This document shows, piece by piece, positions 28,322-39,027 of a stretch of DNA of 49,262 bases. The DNA comes from an uncultured Gemmatimonadota bacterium (lineage in GTDB: Bacteria > GCA-2686955). The first letter of the stretch is position 1. Each line of letters begins with the position of its first letter. The position numbers were made by a program, and so were the translations under genes. The notes under the pieces were generated by a model, which saw nothing but the letters and a program-made list of their open reading frames with translations, was not told the origin of the DNA and did no database searches. The DNA is taken from the NCBI GenBank assembly GCA_964490075.1, contig CAZBBK010000040.1, positions 1 through 49,262 on the forward strand, written 5' to 3'.

Positions 28322-29821
28322 TCATTCCCCCTGCCGCGAGTCGGGTTGTTCGGGCACCAGGGTGGCGACCGTGAGGTTCTCGGGTGTGAAGGTCCGCCGC
28401 GCCAGCTCCATGATCTGCTCCGGGGTGACCGCGCGGATCTTCTCGACCCACACCAGGGCCTCTCTCCAGTCGTCCATGACCGCTTCGCTGTGGCCCAGCC
28501 TGATCGCCAACCACAGGTTGGAGCTCAGTCGACGGATGCTCGAGGTCTCTACCTTGGCCACGACCCGGTCCAGCTCTCGCCGGCTCACTGGCTCGCTCGA
28601 CAGCCGCTCCAACTCGGCGAGGATCACGGTCTCGAGAGTGTCGGTGCCGTGGGGCGCGATCGGCACCGCCGACGCCACCGCGAGTGCGGGATAGCGGCCG
28701 CCCGGGACGGCGGAAGAGAACGAGACCTCGCTGGCCAGCTCGCTGCGCACCAGGGCGCGCTGCAGGCGGCTCGAGCGCCCCCAGTCGAGCACCGCGGCGA
28801 GCACGTCCCAGGCCGGGGCCGATTCATGCCTGGACGATTCGCGGTGCCAGCCCATCATCAGCTCCGGCCCCGCGTCGAAGCGCACCGCGACCCGCCGCGT
28901 ACCGGGTTGGGGAGGCTCGACGGCATCGACCGGAGGCGGATCGGGTTGTCGCTCGAAGTGACCGAAGTACTGCTCCGCCAGGCGCAACACCTCGGCCGTG
29001 TCGACATCGCCGACGATCGAGAGCACCATGCGGTTGGGCGCGTAGTGACGGCGGAAGTAGCGCTCGGTGGCGCTGCGCGTCATCGCCTCGATGTCGCCGG
29101 GCCAGCCGATCACCGGCGTGCCGTAGGGGTGGGCGACGAAGGCGGAGGCCAGGAACTGCTCGTACAGCATCCCATGCGGCGAGTCGTCGACCCGCATGCG
29201 CCGTTCCTCCCTCACATTCTCGATCTCGGTGTAGAACTCGCGCAGCACCGGGCGCTCCAGGCGAGCCGACTCCATGAGAAACCAGAGCTCGAGCTTGTTC
29301 GCCGGGAGCGAGAGGATATAGGCGGTGATGTCGGAGGCGGTGAAGGCGTTGACGCCGCGCGCCCCCGCGTTCTTGTAGATCCGGTCGAGCTCGTTGGATA
29401 CGACGTAGCGCTTGGCCTGCTGGCGCAGCTCGAGCCACTCGGCGCGCAGGGAATCGGCGAGCTGCGCCTGGCCGCCGCCGGCATCGAGACTGCGCAGGCG
29501 CAGCGCCAGCCCCTCGATGCGCTCCAGCAGCGGCTGCTCCGCCGCCCAGTCGCTGGTGCCGATGCGGTCGGTCCCCTTGAAGAGCATGTGCTCGAGGATG
29601 TGAGTGATTCCGGTTTCGCCGGTCGCCTCGTCGACCGCGCCGACCTTGAAGACGGTGGCCAGTCCGACGGTCGGCGCGTCGTGGTTCTCGTGCACCAGGA
29701 CCTTGAGCCCGTTCGGCAGGAGATGCTCGCTGACCTCGAGGCGGACTCCCGCCACCGAGACGGTCTCGGCGCTGGCGACGAGCGCCATGAGGAAGGGGAG
29801 AAGTGGGGCGATTCTGCGCAT
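28322..29821 (-). CDS. M16 family zinc peptidase (catalytic subunit), secreted
   Basis: Signal peptide; 'LPNGL', 'GITHILEHMLFKGT' (HxxEH), 'NAFT..D.T.Y', 'HPYG.P.IGW', 'YAPNRM'. Confidence 0.92.
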   Translation of the reverse strand: MRRIAPLLPFLMALVASAETVSVAGVRLEVSEHLLPNGLKVLVHENHDAPTVGLATVFKVGAVDEATGETGITHILEHMLFKGTDRIGTSDWAAEQPLLERIEGLALRLRSLDAGGGQAQLADSLRAEWLELRQQAKRYVVSNELDRIYKNAGARGVNAFTASDITAYILSLPANKLELWFLMESARLERPVLREFYTEIENVREERRMRVDDSPHGMLYEQFLASAFVAHPYGTPVIGWPGDIEAMTRSATERYFRRHYAPNRMVLSIVGDVDTAEVLRLAEQYFGHFERQPDPPPVDAVEPPQPGTRRVAVRFDAGPELMMGWHRESSRHESAPAWDVLAAVLDWGRSSRLQRALVRSELASEVSFSSAVPGGRYPALAVASAVPIAPHGTDTLETVILAELERLSSEPVSRRELDRVVAKVETSSIRRLSSNLWLAIRLGHSEAVMDDWREALVWVEKIRAVTPEQIMELARRTFTPENLTVATLVPEQPDSRQGE

Positions 29822-29957
29822 GGGCGGGGCCTCCGGAGTCGGCGGGGAGCGGTCGAGAGCCGGGAGGATAGCGACTGAAGAGCAGAATCGCCGGGCAAAG
29901 CTGAGGTCGATGGGTCGACTGGCCCGGATGCTGGGCGCCAAGAGGCAGTCTGTGGCC

Positions 29958-31784
29958 CTAGCGGCCCCGGTCGATCCACCGCTCGGGCGGCTCCTGCGTG
30001 AACACGGTCCGCCTCGGCCGCGGCCACTCGCCCTCGGGCTCCTCCCCGACCTCGAAAACGCCGATGTCGGGGCCGCCCGGTGCATCGTCGTTGAAGCCGG
30101 GCAGCGCGACTCCGGCGTTCTCCGCGGGACCGTCGAGTCGCGTCGCGAAGTTCAGCGCGTCCACATCCACGAACTCGACGTCGGCGGGATCATCGCCCAC
30201 GTAGTCACCCTGGTCCCCGTATAGCCAGCGCTTGTCCTCGTCGTTGACCAGGAGGTTGTAGTCCGAGTCGAAGGTGCCAACGTTCTCGTCCCAGTTGTGG
30301 CTGAAGACGAAGATGTTGTTGCGGAATTGGAAGCGCTCCCTCGTCTCGTAGACGAGACCGGTCCGCGCTCCCCACATCACGTTGTGGTAGTAGAAGATCC
30401 CCGCGGTCGCGTTCGGAGCGTTGGATTTCACCAAGGTCCAGGTCTTCCAGCCGATGTCGTCGTAGCCGTAGATCACGTTGCGATACACGTACTGGGGTCC
30501 TACCAAAGTGGACTCCTGGTGGCTCACTGGCCCCGCCGGACAGCCCAGCATCAGCGAGTGGTGCAGTCGAAGCTCCTTCGACCCCCAGTCCTTCCAGACC
30601 TCCATCTCCACGTCGTTGTCGTAGTTGTGCTGATACACATTGTGGTGGGACTCCGAGCTCTCGAAGCTCCCCAGTTTCTCTCCATCGAAGGTCTCGTGAA
30701 GAAAGTTGTATCGGAACTCGCAGTCCCGCGCCGGCCGCTCCGAGGCTCCCTCCGTCGATGCCAGTCCGCCCTCGTAGCGCACGGTCTCATGGTATTCTTT
30801 CACAAGTTTGTACACGGCCATCGCATCGCCCCCGTTCCCCTCGTACAGGAGCTCTGCGAGGTCGCGAAACCCGGGATAGACGTACTCCGACCACTCCACG
30901 AGACTGTCGTCGGGGAGTCTCAGCGCGAACACACAATAGGAGAGGATCGTGTTCCGAATCGTCGGGTGATCGCTCGCCCCGTCGATCCAGACTCCGGACG
31001 TCCCGCTCCCCTCGATCCGGAGACCGTCCAGAATCACGTACGGGGACTCGGAGATCTCCACCACAGCGATGATCCAGCCCTCCTCGTCCCAGCTCGGCGG
31101 CGAGAAGAGCACGGATCGACCGTTCGGATCGGCGTCTTCGGGAAGGCGCACGTAGATGCGCTCGTCCTCCACGGCGAAACCATGTCGTGGCAGGTCCAGG
31201 TCCACGCTCTCAGCTCGCTGGTTGCGCAGGTCATCGACGGTGTTCAATCGGAACAGGAAGGTGCCTTCGAAGGAGCCGAAGAGCGCGGCACCATGCCCGG
31301 AGGAGTAGACGCCGTCTCCTTCGTCCGTCCAGGGTGCCAGCCCCAGAGCGGCCTCGCGCCACATGGCGCTGATGGTCACGGTGCCCGGAACGAGCGCCCG
31401 GATCCAGACCGGCCGTTCCCTCGATCTCCCGAGGTTCCAGAAGACCGGCTGCTCGTAGTAGGTGCCCGGCGCGATGAGCATCACGTCGCCGCCCCGCACG
31501 ATCTCGGCGCCCCGACCGATGGTGGCAACGGAGTTCTCGGGAGTGAGCCCGTCACGCCTGTCGTCACCCGCTTCCCCGTCGACATGGACGATGCGACCGT
31601 GGAGGAAAGGGTGCTTGTGGACCCCGATGCTCTCCAGTGGGATGGGTGGTGCCCCTCGGGGCGACGCAGTGGGGGCCGAGAGGGCCGTCATGGCGCCGAG
31701 CGTCAAGCTCAGCACGAACACGGTCCGGGACCGGTTGGCGAGCGTGTGGCGGAGGAGAGCTGGCGGGAGGTTGGGTCGCGGCAT
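29958..31784 (-). CDS. Secreted beta-helix (pectate-lyase-like fold) protein
   Basis: Signal-like N-terminus; 'HVDG..GDD..DG.TP.....TI', 'PGTYYE', 'YVYRNVI', 'YHN', 'RNNIF', 'SDYN', 'PDIGVFE'. Confidence 0.75.
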   Translation of the reverse strand: MPRPNLPPALLRHTLANRSRTVFVLSLTLGAMTALSAPTASPRGAPPIPLESIGVHKHPFLHGRIVHVDGEAGDDRRDGLTPENSVATIGRGAEIVRGGDVMLIAPGTYYEQPVFWNLGRSRERPVWIRALVPGTVTISAMWREAALGLAPWTDEGDGVYSSGHGAALFGSFEGTFLFRLNTVDDLRNQRAESVDLDLPRHGFAVEDERIYVRLPEDADPNGRSVLFSPPSWDEEGWIIAVVEISESPYVILDGLRIEGSGTSGVWIDGASDHPTIRNTILSYCVFALRLPDDSLVEWSEYVYPGFRDLAELLYEGNGGDAMAVYKLVKEYHETVRYEGGLASTEGASERPARDCEFRYNFLHETFDGEKLGSFESSESHHNVYQHNYDNDVEMEVWKDWGSKELRLHHSLMLGCPAGPVSHQESTLVGPQYVYRNVIYGYDDIGWKTWTLVKSNAPNATAGIFYYHNVMWGARTGLVYETRERFQFRNNIFVFSHNWDENVGTFDSDYNLLVNDEDKRWLYGDQGDYVGDDPADVEFVDVDALNFATRLDGPAENAGVALPGFNDDAPGGPDIGVFEVGEEPEGEWPRPRRTVFTQEPPERWIDRGR

Positions 31785-32007
31785 CGTCTACACTCGGAAG
31801 AGACGGTCTTATGGTGACGCCCGCCCCGCTCCACCTCTTGCCGCGGAGCTCGCGAGCGGACGAACGAGCATGGATCCGGCGTCCTTCGTTCGCGTCGGCG
31901 CGCGCGACGCCCAACATGAGCCTTCGACCGTACTTGGTGAGGATTGGGTCAGGCTCGGCTCGGGCCAGCTCCCCGTGGTTCGTTTCCTCGCGTGGACCGC
32001 TTTACTC

Positions 32008-34993
32008 TCAGTCCAGCGCCCCCAACCAAGCACCGTTCTCCGGTCCGCCGTACGCGCCCATGTCGGAGCGCGCTGCGTTGGGATACCAGTCGGGCCACGA
32101 GGGATGACTGTCGTGCAGTCCATCCTCGATCATTGGATCTCCCGCATCGATGCAGGGCGAGGCCGGACGCAGCAGGTAGTCGTGGCCGCGGAAGGAAGCG
32201 AACTCCGGATCCTGGTCGATGTTGCCCTCTCCGGGCCATCCTCCCTGGATATCGCTGTGCGCCGCATCCATCACCCCCGAGTGAACGTCGATCTGATCCG
32301 GCTCGTTGTTCCACACAATGCAGTTGTTCATGATCGGCGACGCGGAGTAGACATAGAGCCCCCCGCCGTGGTCCGCCGAGTTGTGCGCAATGGTGCAGTT
32401 GCTCAGGACCGGAGCACCTTCATTGTAGTCGACTCCGCCGCCATAGCGGGCCGTGTTGCCCACCACGATGCAGTTCTCCAGCACCAACGAAGCGCCACCG
32501 CGGCAGTAGGCTCCACCGCCGTACGACGAGGCGCTGTTGTCCACGATTCTGCAATTCCGGATCGTGGGAAGCGAGCCGTCCGTCACATAGAGACCGGCTC
32601 CCGAGCTCGCCTGGTTGCCGCTGAGGATGCAACGCGTGATGGTTGGAGAGGAGCGCGAGCAGCGGATCGCTCCCTCGTCGCACCCGGTGAGGATGCAACG
32701 GTCGATGACGGGGTGTGCCGCCTCGCAGTCGATCCCCACCCCGCCGCCGGTGATCGTGACTCCGGCGATTCCTCCGGAGCTGTCACGAAACGGCCTCGAG
32801 AACACCACCACTTCCCCACCTCCGCCACCGTCGATCACCGTCTCCGCCACCACATCGGGGTTCCCCGGGTCCCAGCCTCGCAAGTGCACTCCTCTTCCCC
32901 CGCTGTCCAGGCCGGACTCCAGGTAGGTGCCTGGGGCGATAAGAATGGTGTCTCCAGTGCACGCGGCCTCCAACGCGGCGGCCAGCGAGGGATAGTCGGT
33001 GGGCACCTGCAGCACGCCTGGCGCGGGTTCGAAAGGCGCCGGGCAACCCACGCCCAGTGCCCCCACGTCGGCGCCTTCCTTGCCGGCGCCCAGGCACGGA
33101 GAGTCGGCCGCGAGTGTGTAGTCGAAAGGGGGGGCAACTGATGTTGCAGAAGCGCGGATCGGCATCGAAGTTCCCCTCGCCGGGCCATCCCCCCTGGACG
33201 TCGCAGTACTGCAGCTCCTCGCCGCCTTCGGAGTAGATCTCGTTGCCGGCCTCGTTCCAGACGATGGTATTCAAGGCCGAACCACCACCATTGAAGTAGA
33301 TGCCGGCCCCTTCCGTGGCCTCGTTGTTGACGATGGTGCAGCTCTCGATCGACGCATCGCTTCTGGCACTGAGTCCACCGCCGTAGTAGCCACGATTGTC
33401 GGAAATCAGGCAGTCACGAATTGTACGCGCTCCGTTGACGCCTCCTCCGTCGCGGTTCTCCCGAATGGTACAGCGCTCTATCAGAGACCAGGTCGGAGAC
33501 CAGTACGGGAGCACTATGCCGAATCCATTGAGGCTGACGATGCAATCGGCGATGGTCACGCCACCGCTGGCGTAGATGCCGGTCTCCGCACCACGAACCG
33601 TCATTCCTCGAAAGCCGATGCTGTCCGCGAAGATCTGCACGGCGGTGGCATCGTCATCGCCTTGCAGAACCGTGGCCGCAACGATCGTCGGATCACTCGG
33701 ATCGACACCGGTGATGGTCAGCGCGTCGATGTCGATTCGCAGCACTCGAGCGGCATGGGTCCCGGGCGCCACGAGAATCGTGTCGCCCGAGCAGGCGGCG
33801 TCCAGGGCCCACTCGATTCTGCTGTAGTCCTCAGGAACGCGACGAGTGACGGGACGGAGCTCCAGTGGAAGCTCGCAGCCAACCCCGTGGTTGCCGATGT
33901 TCTGTCCTTCGCGCCCGGCGCCCACGCACGGGGAGTCCTCGGCCAGCATGAGGTTCATCTTGGTGCATTGGGGAAGGCAGAAGAGCGGATCGGCACTGAT
34001 GTTGCCTTCGCCCGGCCAGCCCCCGAGCACGTCGGAGTAGGTCAGATCAACGGGAGTGTCGACCGTCGAGAACTGATTCTGGACTGCGTCCCAGAAAATC
34101 GAGTTGTCGGCCCAGAGAAACGAGTCCTCCAGGTAGAACGCGCAACCGGGAGGATTGGTGACCCAGTTCTCGGCTACGGTCGTCGAGAAGATGCTCACCA
34201 CCGCATCGAGCCCGAAGAGGATTGCGGCATCGTTCGTGGCGTGGTTGCCATTGATGTCCGAGTTGCGGATCTGGACGCTGGCGCCGGAGTCCATGTATAT
34301 CGCGGCACCTACGTTGCCCGCGTGGTTGTCGTGGATCTCACAGCCGTAGATCGTAAGTGCCGCATGAGCGCTGATCGCGCCTCCCGCATAAGCTCTGTTC
34401 TCTCGGATGGTGCAGTCCCTGAGCTGGGCATCGACGGAGGATTCGTCGACATAGATGCCCCCTCCGGAGCTGCGGTAGGTGAAGTTGTTCTGAATCGTGC
34501 AGCGCGCGATGACGGTAGAGCCCTTCGACAGGTAGATGCCACCTCCCCACCACTCCGCGTAGTTGTCTTTGACGATACAATCGCGAATGATCGTGGAGCC
34601 CGAGCGAGAAACGTGGATGCCTCCACCGGCTGTGCTGCGTTGTCCTGAGCCGGTGCCGCCGCGGACCGTGAAGCCGCTCAATATCGCTGGACCGGGCTCG
34701 TCGCGGTAGAGCTTCACGGCGCTATCGTCGCCTTGGGCGTCGATGATGGTCGAGGCGACCACGTCTCGATCGCCGGGGTCGATACTGGTGACCGTGATGT
34801 CTTTGCCGATCGTGATCGCGCCCAAGTAGACTCCTGGATGAACGAGCACGGTGTCGCCGGCGGTCGCCGCCGCGATGCCGTCCTGGAGGACGGCGTGGTC
34901 ACCGGGGACCTCGATGATGGTTCCGAGTGAGATCGGAATGGCGAAGGGCAGAGCGAGGGGCAGCAGGAAGGCGGCAGGAATCGAGTTGCGCAT
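32008..34993 (-). pseudogene. Three-module secreted beta-helix protein split by a +1 frameshift near 33130
   Basis: The 34993-start frame ('...DPRFCNISCPPF') continues as 'DYTLAADSPCLGAG' in ORF 32008-33165. This matches the module-1 cap 'DPLFC...LMLAEDSPCVGAG'. The junction is a C7-T3 run. Confidence 0.85.
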
Positions 34994-35032
34994 GGAGTGT
35001 GCTCCGGGCGGAGGTGGGGCGTGCGCAATCGC

Positions 35033-35047
35033 GCAAGTCCTATGCCG
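35033..35047 (-). promoter_or_regulatory. Sigma54-type (-24/-12) promoter for the 34993 gene
   Basis: Minus strand reads CGGCATAGGACTTGC (GG-N10-GC; consensus TGGCAC-N5-TTGC), ~40 nt upstream of the ATG, with a GGAG RBS between. Confidence 0.55.
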
Positions 35048-35234
35048 TCTCTGCGAAGACCACAGGCGCTGGCGTAAGCGGCCAACGCGGGGCGCCTTGC
35101 ACGATCCGAAACGAGCCGTGCCGAGAACGGTCGGCTCGGCGATCGACCGGCCGTCGGAATTGCTTACGGGGTGCGTCAGGAGTTCTTACAGTGCGGTGAT
35201 CCGCAGGGGACCATCCTCTGCCATCCCCCGTCTG

Positions 35235-35243
35235 TGCTAAACT
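35235..35243 (+). promoter_or_regulatory. Possible extended -10 promoter for the rib operon
   Basis: TG-c-TAAACT about 70 nt upstream of the ribBA ATG; no clear -35. Confidence 0.35.
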
Positions 35244-35314
35244 CCAGGATTCTCAAGGCGCCGCCTTCCGCGACGGTCGATCGCCGTGCCCAGCCTTCCA
35301 TCCGCGAGGTCCCC

Positions 35315-36571
35315 ATGCCATCCGAACCGGTCTTCGACAGCATAGAGAACGCCATAGAGCGGATCCGCGCCGGTGAGATGCTGATCGTGGTCGACGACGA
35401 GGATCGTGAGAACGAAGGCGACTTCGTGATGGCCGCGGTCAAGGCCTCGGCCGAAGCGGTGAATTTCATGGCCAAGCACGGCCGGGGGCTGATCTGCGCG
35501 CCGCTCACCTGGGAGCGCTGCGCCGAGCTGGACTTGCCGCTGCAGGTCGATGAGTCCCGGAATTCCGCCTCGCTCGGCACCGCTTTCACCGTCTCGGTCG
35601 ACGCCCGTCGCGGGGTGACGACCGGGATCAGCGCCGCCGACCGGGCCGAGACCATCCGCCTCTTGGTCGACGCCGACACCCGGCCCGCCGATCTGGCGCG
35701 CCCGGGGCATATCCACCCCTTGCGTGCCGATCGCGGCGGGGCGTTGAAACGGGCCGGTCATACCGAGGCGGCGGTCGACCTGGCGCGCCTGGCTGGGCTG
35801 CCGCCGGCCGGCGTGATCTGCGAGATCTTGAAGGACGACGGCACCATGGCGCGTGCCGACGATCTCGCCGACGTGGCCCGCGAGCACAGTCTGGCGATGA
35901 TCACCATCCGCGACCTGATCGCCTTCCGCAAGCGCTCCGAGAAGCTGGTGCGCGAGGTGGTGGCGCCGCGCCTGCCGACCCAGTATGGCGAGTTCACGCT
36001 CAAGCTCTACGAGGCGACCTACGATCCGGGGCAGAAGCATATCGCGCTGGTGAAGGGCGACGTGCGGGGCCGTTCCGACGTGCTGGTGCGGGTGCACTCC
36101 TCGTGCATGACGGGCGACGTATTCGGCAGCCTGCGCTGCGACTGCGGTCTGCAACGCGATGCGGCGCTGGCGGCGATAGAAAAGGCCGGCAAGGGCGTGT
36201 TCTTGTACATGAACCAGGAAGGCCGTGGCATCGGCCTGGAGAACAAGCTGCGCGCCTACTGCCTGCAGGACGAGGGCTACGACACGGTCGAAGCCAATCG
36301 CAAGCTCGGCTTCAAGGCCGATCTGCGCGACTATGGAATCGGCGCCCAGATCCTCGCCGATCTCGGTCTGACGACCATCCGGCTCTTGACCAACAACCCG
36401 AAGAAAATCGTCGGCATCTCCGGCCACGGACTGAAGATCACCGATCGGGTGCCGATCGGCCCGTTGGTCACCGCCGCCAACCGACGCTACCTGCAGACCA
36501 AACGCGACAAGCTCGGCCACCTACTCGCCCTCGACGAGGGGCGCGAAGCAACGAAAGAGGAGGCTCTCTGA
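35315..36571 (+). CDS. ribBA: Bifunctional DHBP synthase / GTP cyclohydrolase II
   Basis: '[12 protein letters not shown]', 'TTGISAADR', 'RAGHTEA', '[20 protein letters not shown]', 'QEGRGIGL', 'LLTNNP'. Confidence 0.97.
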   Translation: MPSEPVFDSIENAIERIRAGEMLIVVDDEDRENEGDFVMAAVKASAEAVNFMAKHGRGLICAPLTWERCAELDLPLQVDESRNSASLGTAFTVSVDARRGVTTGISAADRAETIRLLVDADTRPADLARPGHIHPLRADRGGALKRAGHTEAAVDLARLAGLPPAGVICEILKDDGTMARADDLADVAREHSLAMITIRDLIAFRKRSEKLVREVVAPRLPTQYGEFTLKLYEATYDPGQKHIALVKGDVRGRSDVLVRVHSSCMTGDVFGSLRCDCGLQRDAALAAIEKAGKGVFLYMNQEGRGIGLENKLRAYCLQDEGYDTVEANRKLGFKADLRDYGIGAQILADLGLTTIRLLTNNPKKIVGISGHGLKITDRVPIGPLVTAANRRYLQTKRDKLGHLLALDEGREATKEEAL

Positions 36572-37050
36572 TGCCCCGGACTTACGAAGGGAACCTCGAC
36601 GCTACCGGACGGTCGTTCGGCATAGTGGTGGCCCGTTTCAACGAGCTGATCACGGGCAAGCTCCTGAGCGGCGCTTTGGACTGTCTCTACCGGCACGGAG
36701 CGCTCGAAGAAGAAGTCGAGGTGGCGTGGGTGCCGGGCTCCTGGGAGATCCCGTCGATGGCCCACCGGATGCAGATCTCGGGTCGCTACGACGCGGTGAT
36801 CTGTCTGGGCGCGGTGATTCGCGGCGGCACGCCGCACTTCGACTACGTGGCGGCCGAGGTGGCGAAGGGCGTGGCGGCTCTGGCCAACCCCTCTGCGCCA
36901 CCGGTCGCCTTCGGCGTGCTGACCACCGACGACATCGAGCAGGCGGTGGAGCGGGCTGGGACCAAGGCCGGCAACAAGGGCTGGGATGCCGCGCTGGCCG
37001 CTATCGAGATGGCTGATCTCGTTGCGCGCTTCGAAAACGCCGCCACCTAA
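36571..37050 (+). CDS. ribH: 6,7-dimethyl-8-ribityllumazine synthase
   Basis: 'IVVARFN', 'VPGSWEIP', '[15 protein letters not shown]', '[11 protein letters not shown]'; TGATG overlap with ribBA. Confidence 0.97.
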   Translation: MPRTYEGNLDATGRSFGIVVARFNELITGKLLSGALDCLYRHGALEEEVEVAWVPGSWEIPSMAHRMQISGRYDAVICLGAVIRGGTPHFDYVAAEVAKGVAALANPSAPPVAFGVLTTDDIEQAVERAGTKAGNKGWDAALAAIEMADLVARFENAAT

Positions 37051-37066
37051 GAGTCCGCGGGACCCA

Positions 37067-37513
37067 ATGACCGATCGCAGCTCGGGCCGCTCGCGCGCGC
37101 GGGAGTTCGCCTTCTCGGTGCTCTTCGCCTCGCAGTTTCACGAGGAGGCCGGGGCCGACCAGGTCTTCGCCGACCTCGAGCGCAGCCTGACGCCGGAGCG
37201 GCCGATCGACGACCACGCGCGGCGCATCGTGGCGGCGGTGCAGGCCGAGCGCGAGGCGATCGACGCACGGATTGCGCCCTTGCTGCGCGACTGGACGGTG
37301 GAGCGCCTGGCCAATGTCGATCGCTGGGTGCTGCGCATTGGTGCCTGCGAGCTTATCTTCTTCGACGACGTTCCCGCTGGCGTGGCGATCGATGAAGCAG
37401 TCGAGCTGGCCAAGCGCTTCGGCGGTCCGAGCAGCGGCACATTCGTCAACGGCGTGCTCGATGGTCTGCTGCGCGAGCTGCCCGCTCGCCACATTCCGCG
37501 CGAAGGATGCTGA
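37067..37513 (+). CDS. nusB: Transcription antitermination factor NusB
   Basis: 'RSRARE', 'W..ERL..VDR.VLR', 'VAIDEAVELAKRFG...S..FVNGVLD'; canonical position after ribH. Confidence 0.95.
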   Translation: MTDRSSGRSRAREFAFSVLFASQFHEEAGADQVFADLERSLTPERPIDDHARRIVAAVQAEREAIDARIAPLLRDWTVERLANVDRWVLRIGACELIFFDDVPAGVAIDEAVELAKRFGGPSSGTFVNGVLDGLLRELPARHIPREGC

Positions 37514-37517
37514 GCCG

Positions 37518-38240
37518 ATGCGATACGCGATCATCTCCGACATTCACAGCAACACCGCGGCGCTGAGCGCCTGCCTGGAGGACGCGGGAGAGATCGACGC
37601 GCTGTGGTGTCTGGGAGATATCGTCGGCTACGGGCCGGAGCCGAACGAGTGCGTGCGCATGGTGCGCGAGCTCGCCGCACACACCGTGCTGGGCAACCAC
37701 GACGCCGCGGCGATCGGCAAGGAGGACCTGAGCCTGTTCAGCGCCCCGGCGCGCAAGTCGGGGCTCTGGACCCGCGGGCGGCTCGACGAAGACGTGGCCG
37801 AGTTCCTCGCCGGGCTGCCGCTGGTGGTCAGCGAGCAAGACGCGCTGCTGGTGCACGCCACGCCCGCCAACCCGGCGCGCTGGCACTATCTTTTCAGCGT
37901 CACTTTCGCCCAGTTCGAGTTCGCCGCGTTCGAAGAGGACTTGTGCTTCGTCGGCCACTCGCACGTGCCGGCGATCTACGAGAGCTGTCCGCCCTCGATC
38001 CAGGTGTTCAGCTCCAACGGACCACAGGCGATCCGCTCGGGCTGTCGCTACATCGTCAACGTGGGCAGCGTCGGCCAGCCCCGCGACGGTGACCCGCGCG
38101 CCAGCTACGCGCTCTACGACCGCGCCGCCGGCAGTGTGGAGATTCGCCGCGTCGGCTACGATATCGCGCGCACGCAGCGGATGATCCTGGACGCCGGGCT
38201 GCCGAAGATGCTCGCCGAGCGCCTGGCCTATGGCGAGTGA
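37518..38240 (+). CDS. Metallophosphoesterase family protein
   Basis: 'SDIHSN', 'LGDIVGYG', 'GNHD', 'VH', 'GHSH', 'NVGSVGQPRDGDPRA'. Confidence 0.92.
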   Translation: MRYAIISDIHSNTAALSACLEDAGEIDALWCLGDIVGYGPEPNECVRMVRELAAHTVLGNHDAAAIGKEDLSLFSAPARKSGLWTRGRLDEDVAEFLAGLPLVVSEQDALLVHATPANPARWHYLFSVTFAQFEFAAFEEDLCFVGHSHVPAIYESCPPSIQVFSSNGPQAIRSGCRYIVNVGSVGQPRDGDPRASYALYDRAAGSVEIRRVGYDIARTQRMILDAGLPKMLAERLAYGE

Positions 38241-39027
38241 GGCGCCGCCGCGGCGGGGAGCGCGGACCAGCGAGCGGCATCATTGGGAGAGCTTCTGGGG
38301 CGCGCGCCGCGACCCGGCCGAGATCTACCCGGACTCGCCGGCTTTGCTCGAGGATCTGCTCGGGCGCGAGCGGGTGCGCGGGCTCCGGGTGCTGGAGGTC
38401 GGGGCCGGCTCGGGGCGCGACGCAGTGGCCCTGGCACGGGCCGGCGCCGAGGTGGTGGTGTTGGACTATGCCGTGAACGCCCTGGCCCACGTGGCGGAGA
38501 ACGCACGCCGCGCCGGGGTCGCGGTGCGGCGGCTGCGCGCCGACGGCCGGCGCAGCCCCTTCCCCGCGGGCAGCTTCGACATCGTGTTGCACCAGGGGCT
38601 CTTGGAGCATTTCCGCGACCCCGGCGCCCTCCTGGCCGACAATCTGCGCGTGTTGCGGCCGGGCGGCCGGCTCTACTGCGCCGTCCCCCAGACCTTCCAC
38701 CTCTACACCCTGCTCAAGCAGGCACTGATGGCGGCCGACCGCTGGTTCGCCGGCTGGGAGACGCAGTTCACGCCGGCCGCGCTCGATGCCGGAGCGCGGG
38801 CCGCCGGCTTTCGGGTGGTGGGGCGCTTCGGCGGCTGGATGGTGCCGAGCCTCGGCTACCGCTGTCTGCGCAACGCGGCGGGGGTGGTCGGGCTGCGACT
38901 GCCGATGGTGCCGCGCGGGCCGCGGTTGACGCGTCGTCTGCGGCGGCGCCTGCGGGAGCGGATGGGGCGGCATGCGTTCGCCGCCTGGACCTACCTGGTG
39001 GTGGGTGTGATCGCGGAGAAGCCGTGA
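38230..39027 (+). CDS. Class I SAM-dependent methyltransferase
   Basis: 'VLEVGAGSG', 'PFPAGSFD', 'LLEHF', 'RVLRPGG'. Confidence 0.9.
   Translation: MASEAPPRRGARTSERHHWESFWGARRDPAEIYPDSPALLEDLLGRERVRGLRVLEVGAGSGRDAVALARAGAEVVVLDYAVNALAHVAENARRAGVAVRRLRADGRRSPFPAGSFDIVLHQGLLEHFRDPGALLADNLRVLRPGGRLYCAVPQTFHLYTLLKQALMAADRWFAGWETQFTPAALDAGARAAGFRVVGRFGGWMVPSLGYRCLRNAAGVVGLRLPMVPRGPRLTRRLRRRLRERMGRHAFAAWTYLVVGVIAEKP

Noticed and set aside
26960-33141. Plus-strand ORFs 26960-29878, 30297-31817, 31462-33141
   Set aside because: Antisense to the M16 peptidases and beta-helix genes.
35000-35314. FMN riboswitch upstream of ribBA
   Set aside because: The conserved RFN sequence blocks are not recognisable. 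An Infernal/Rfam scan would be decisive.
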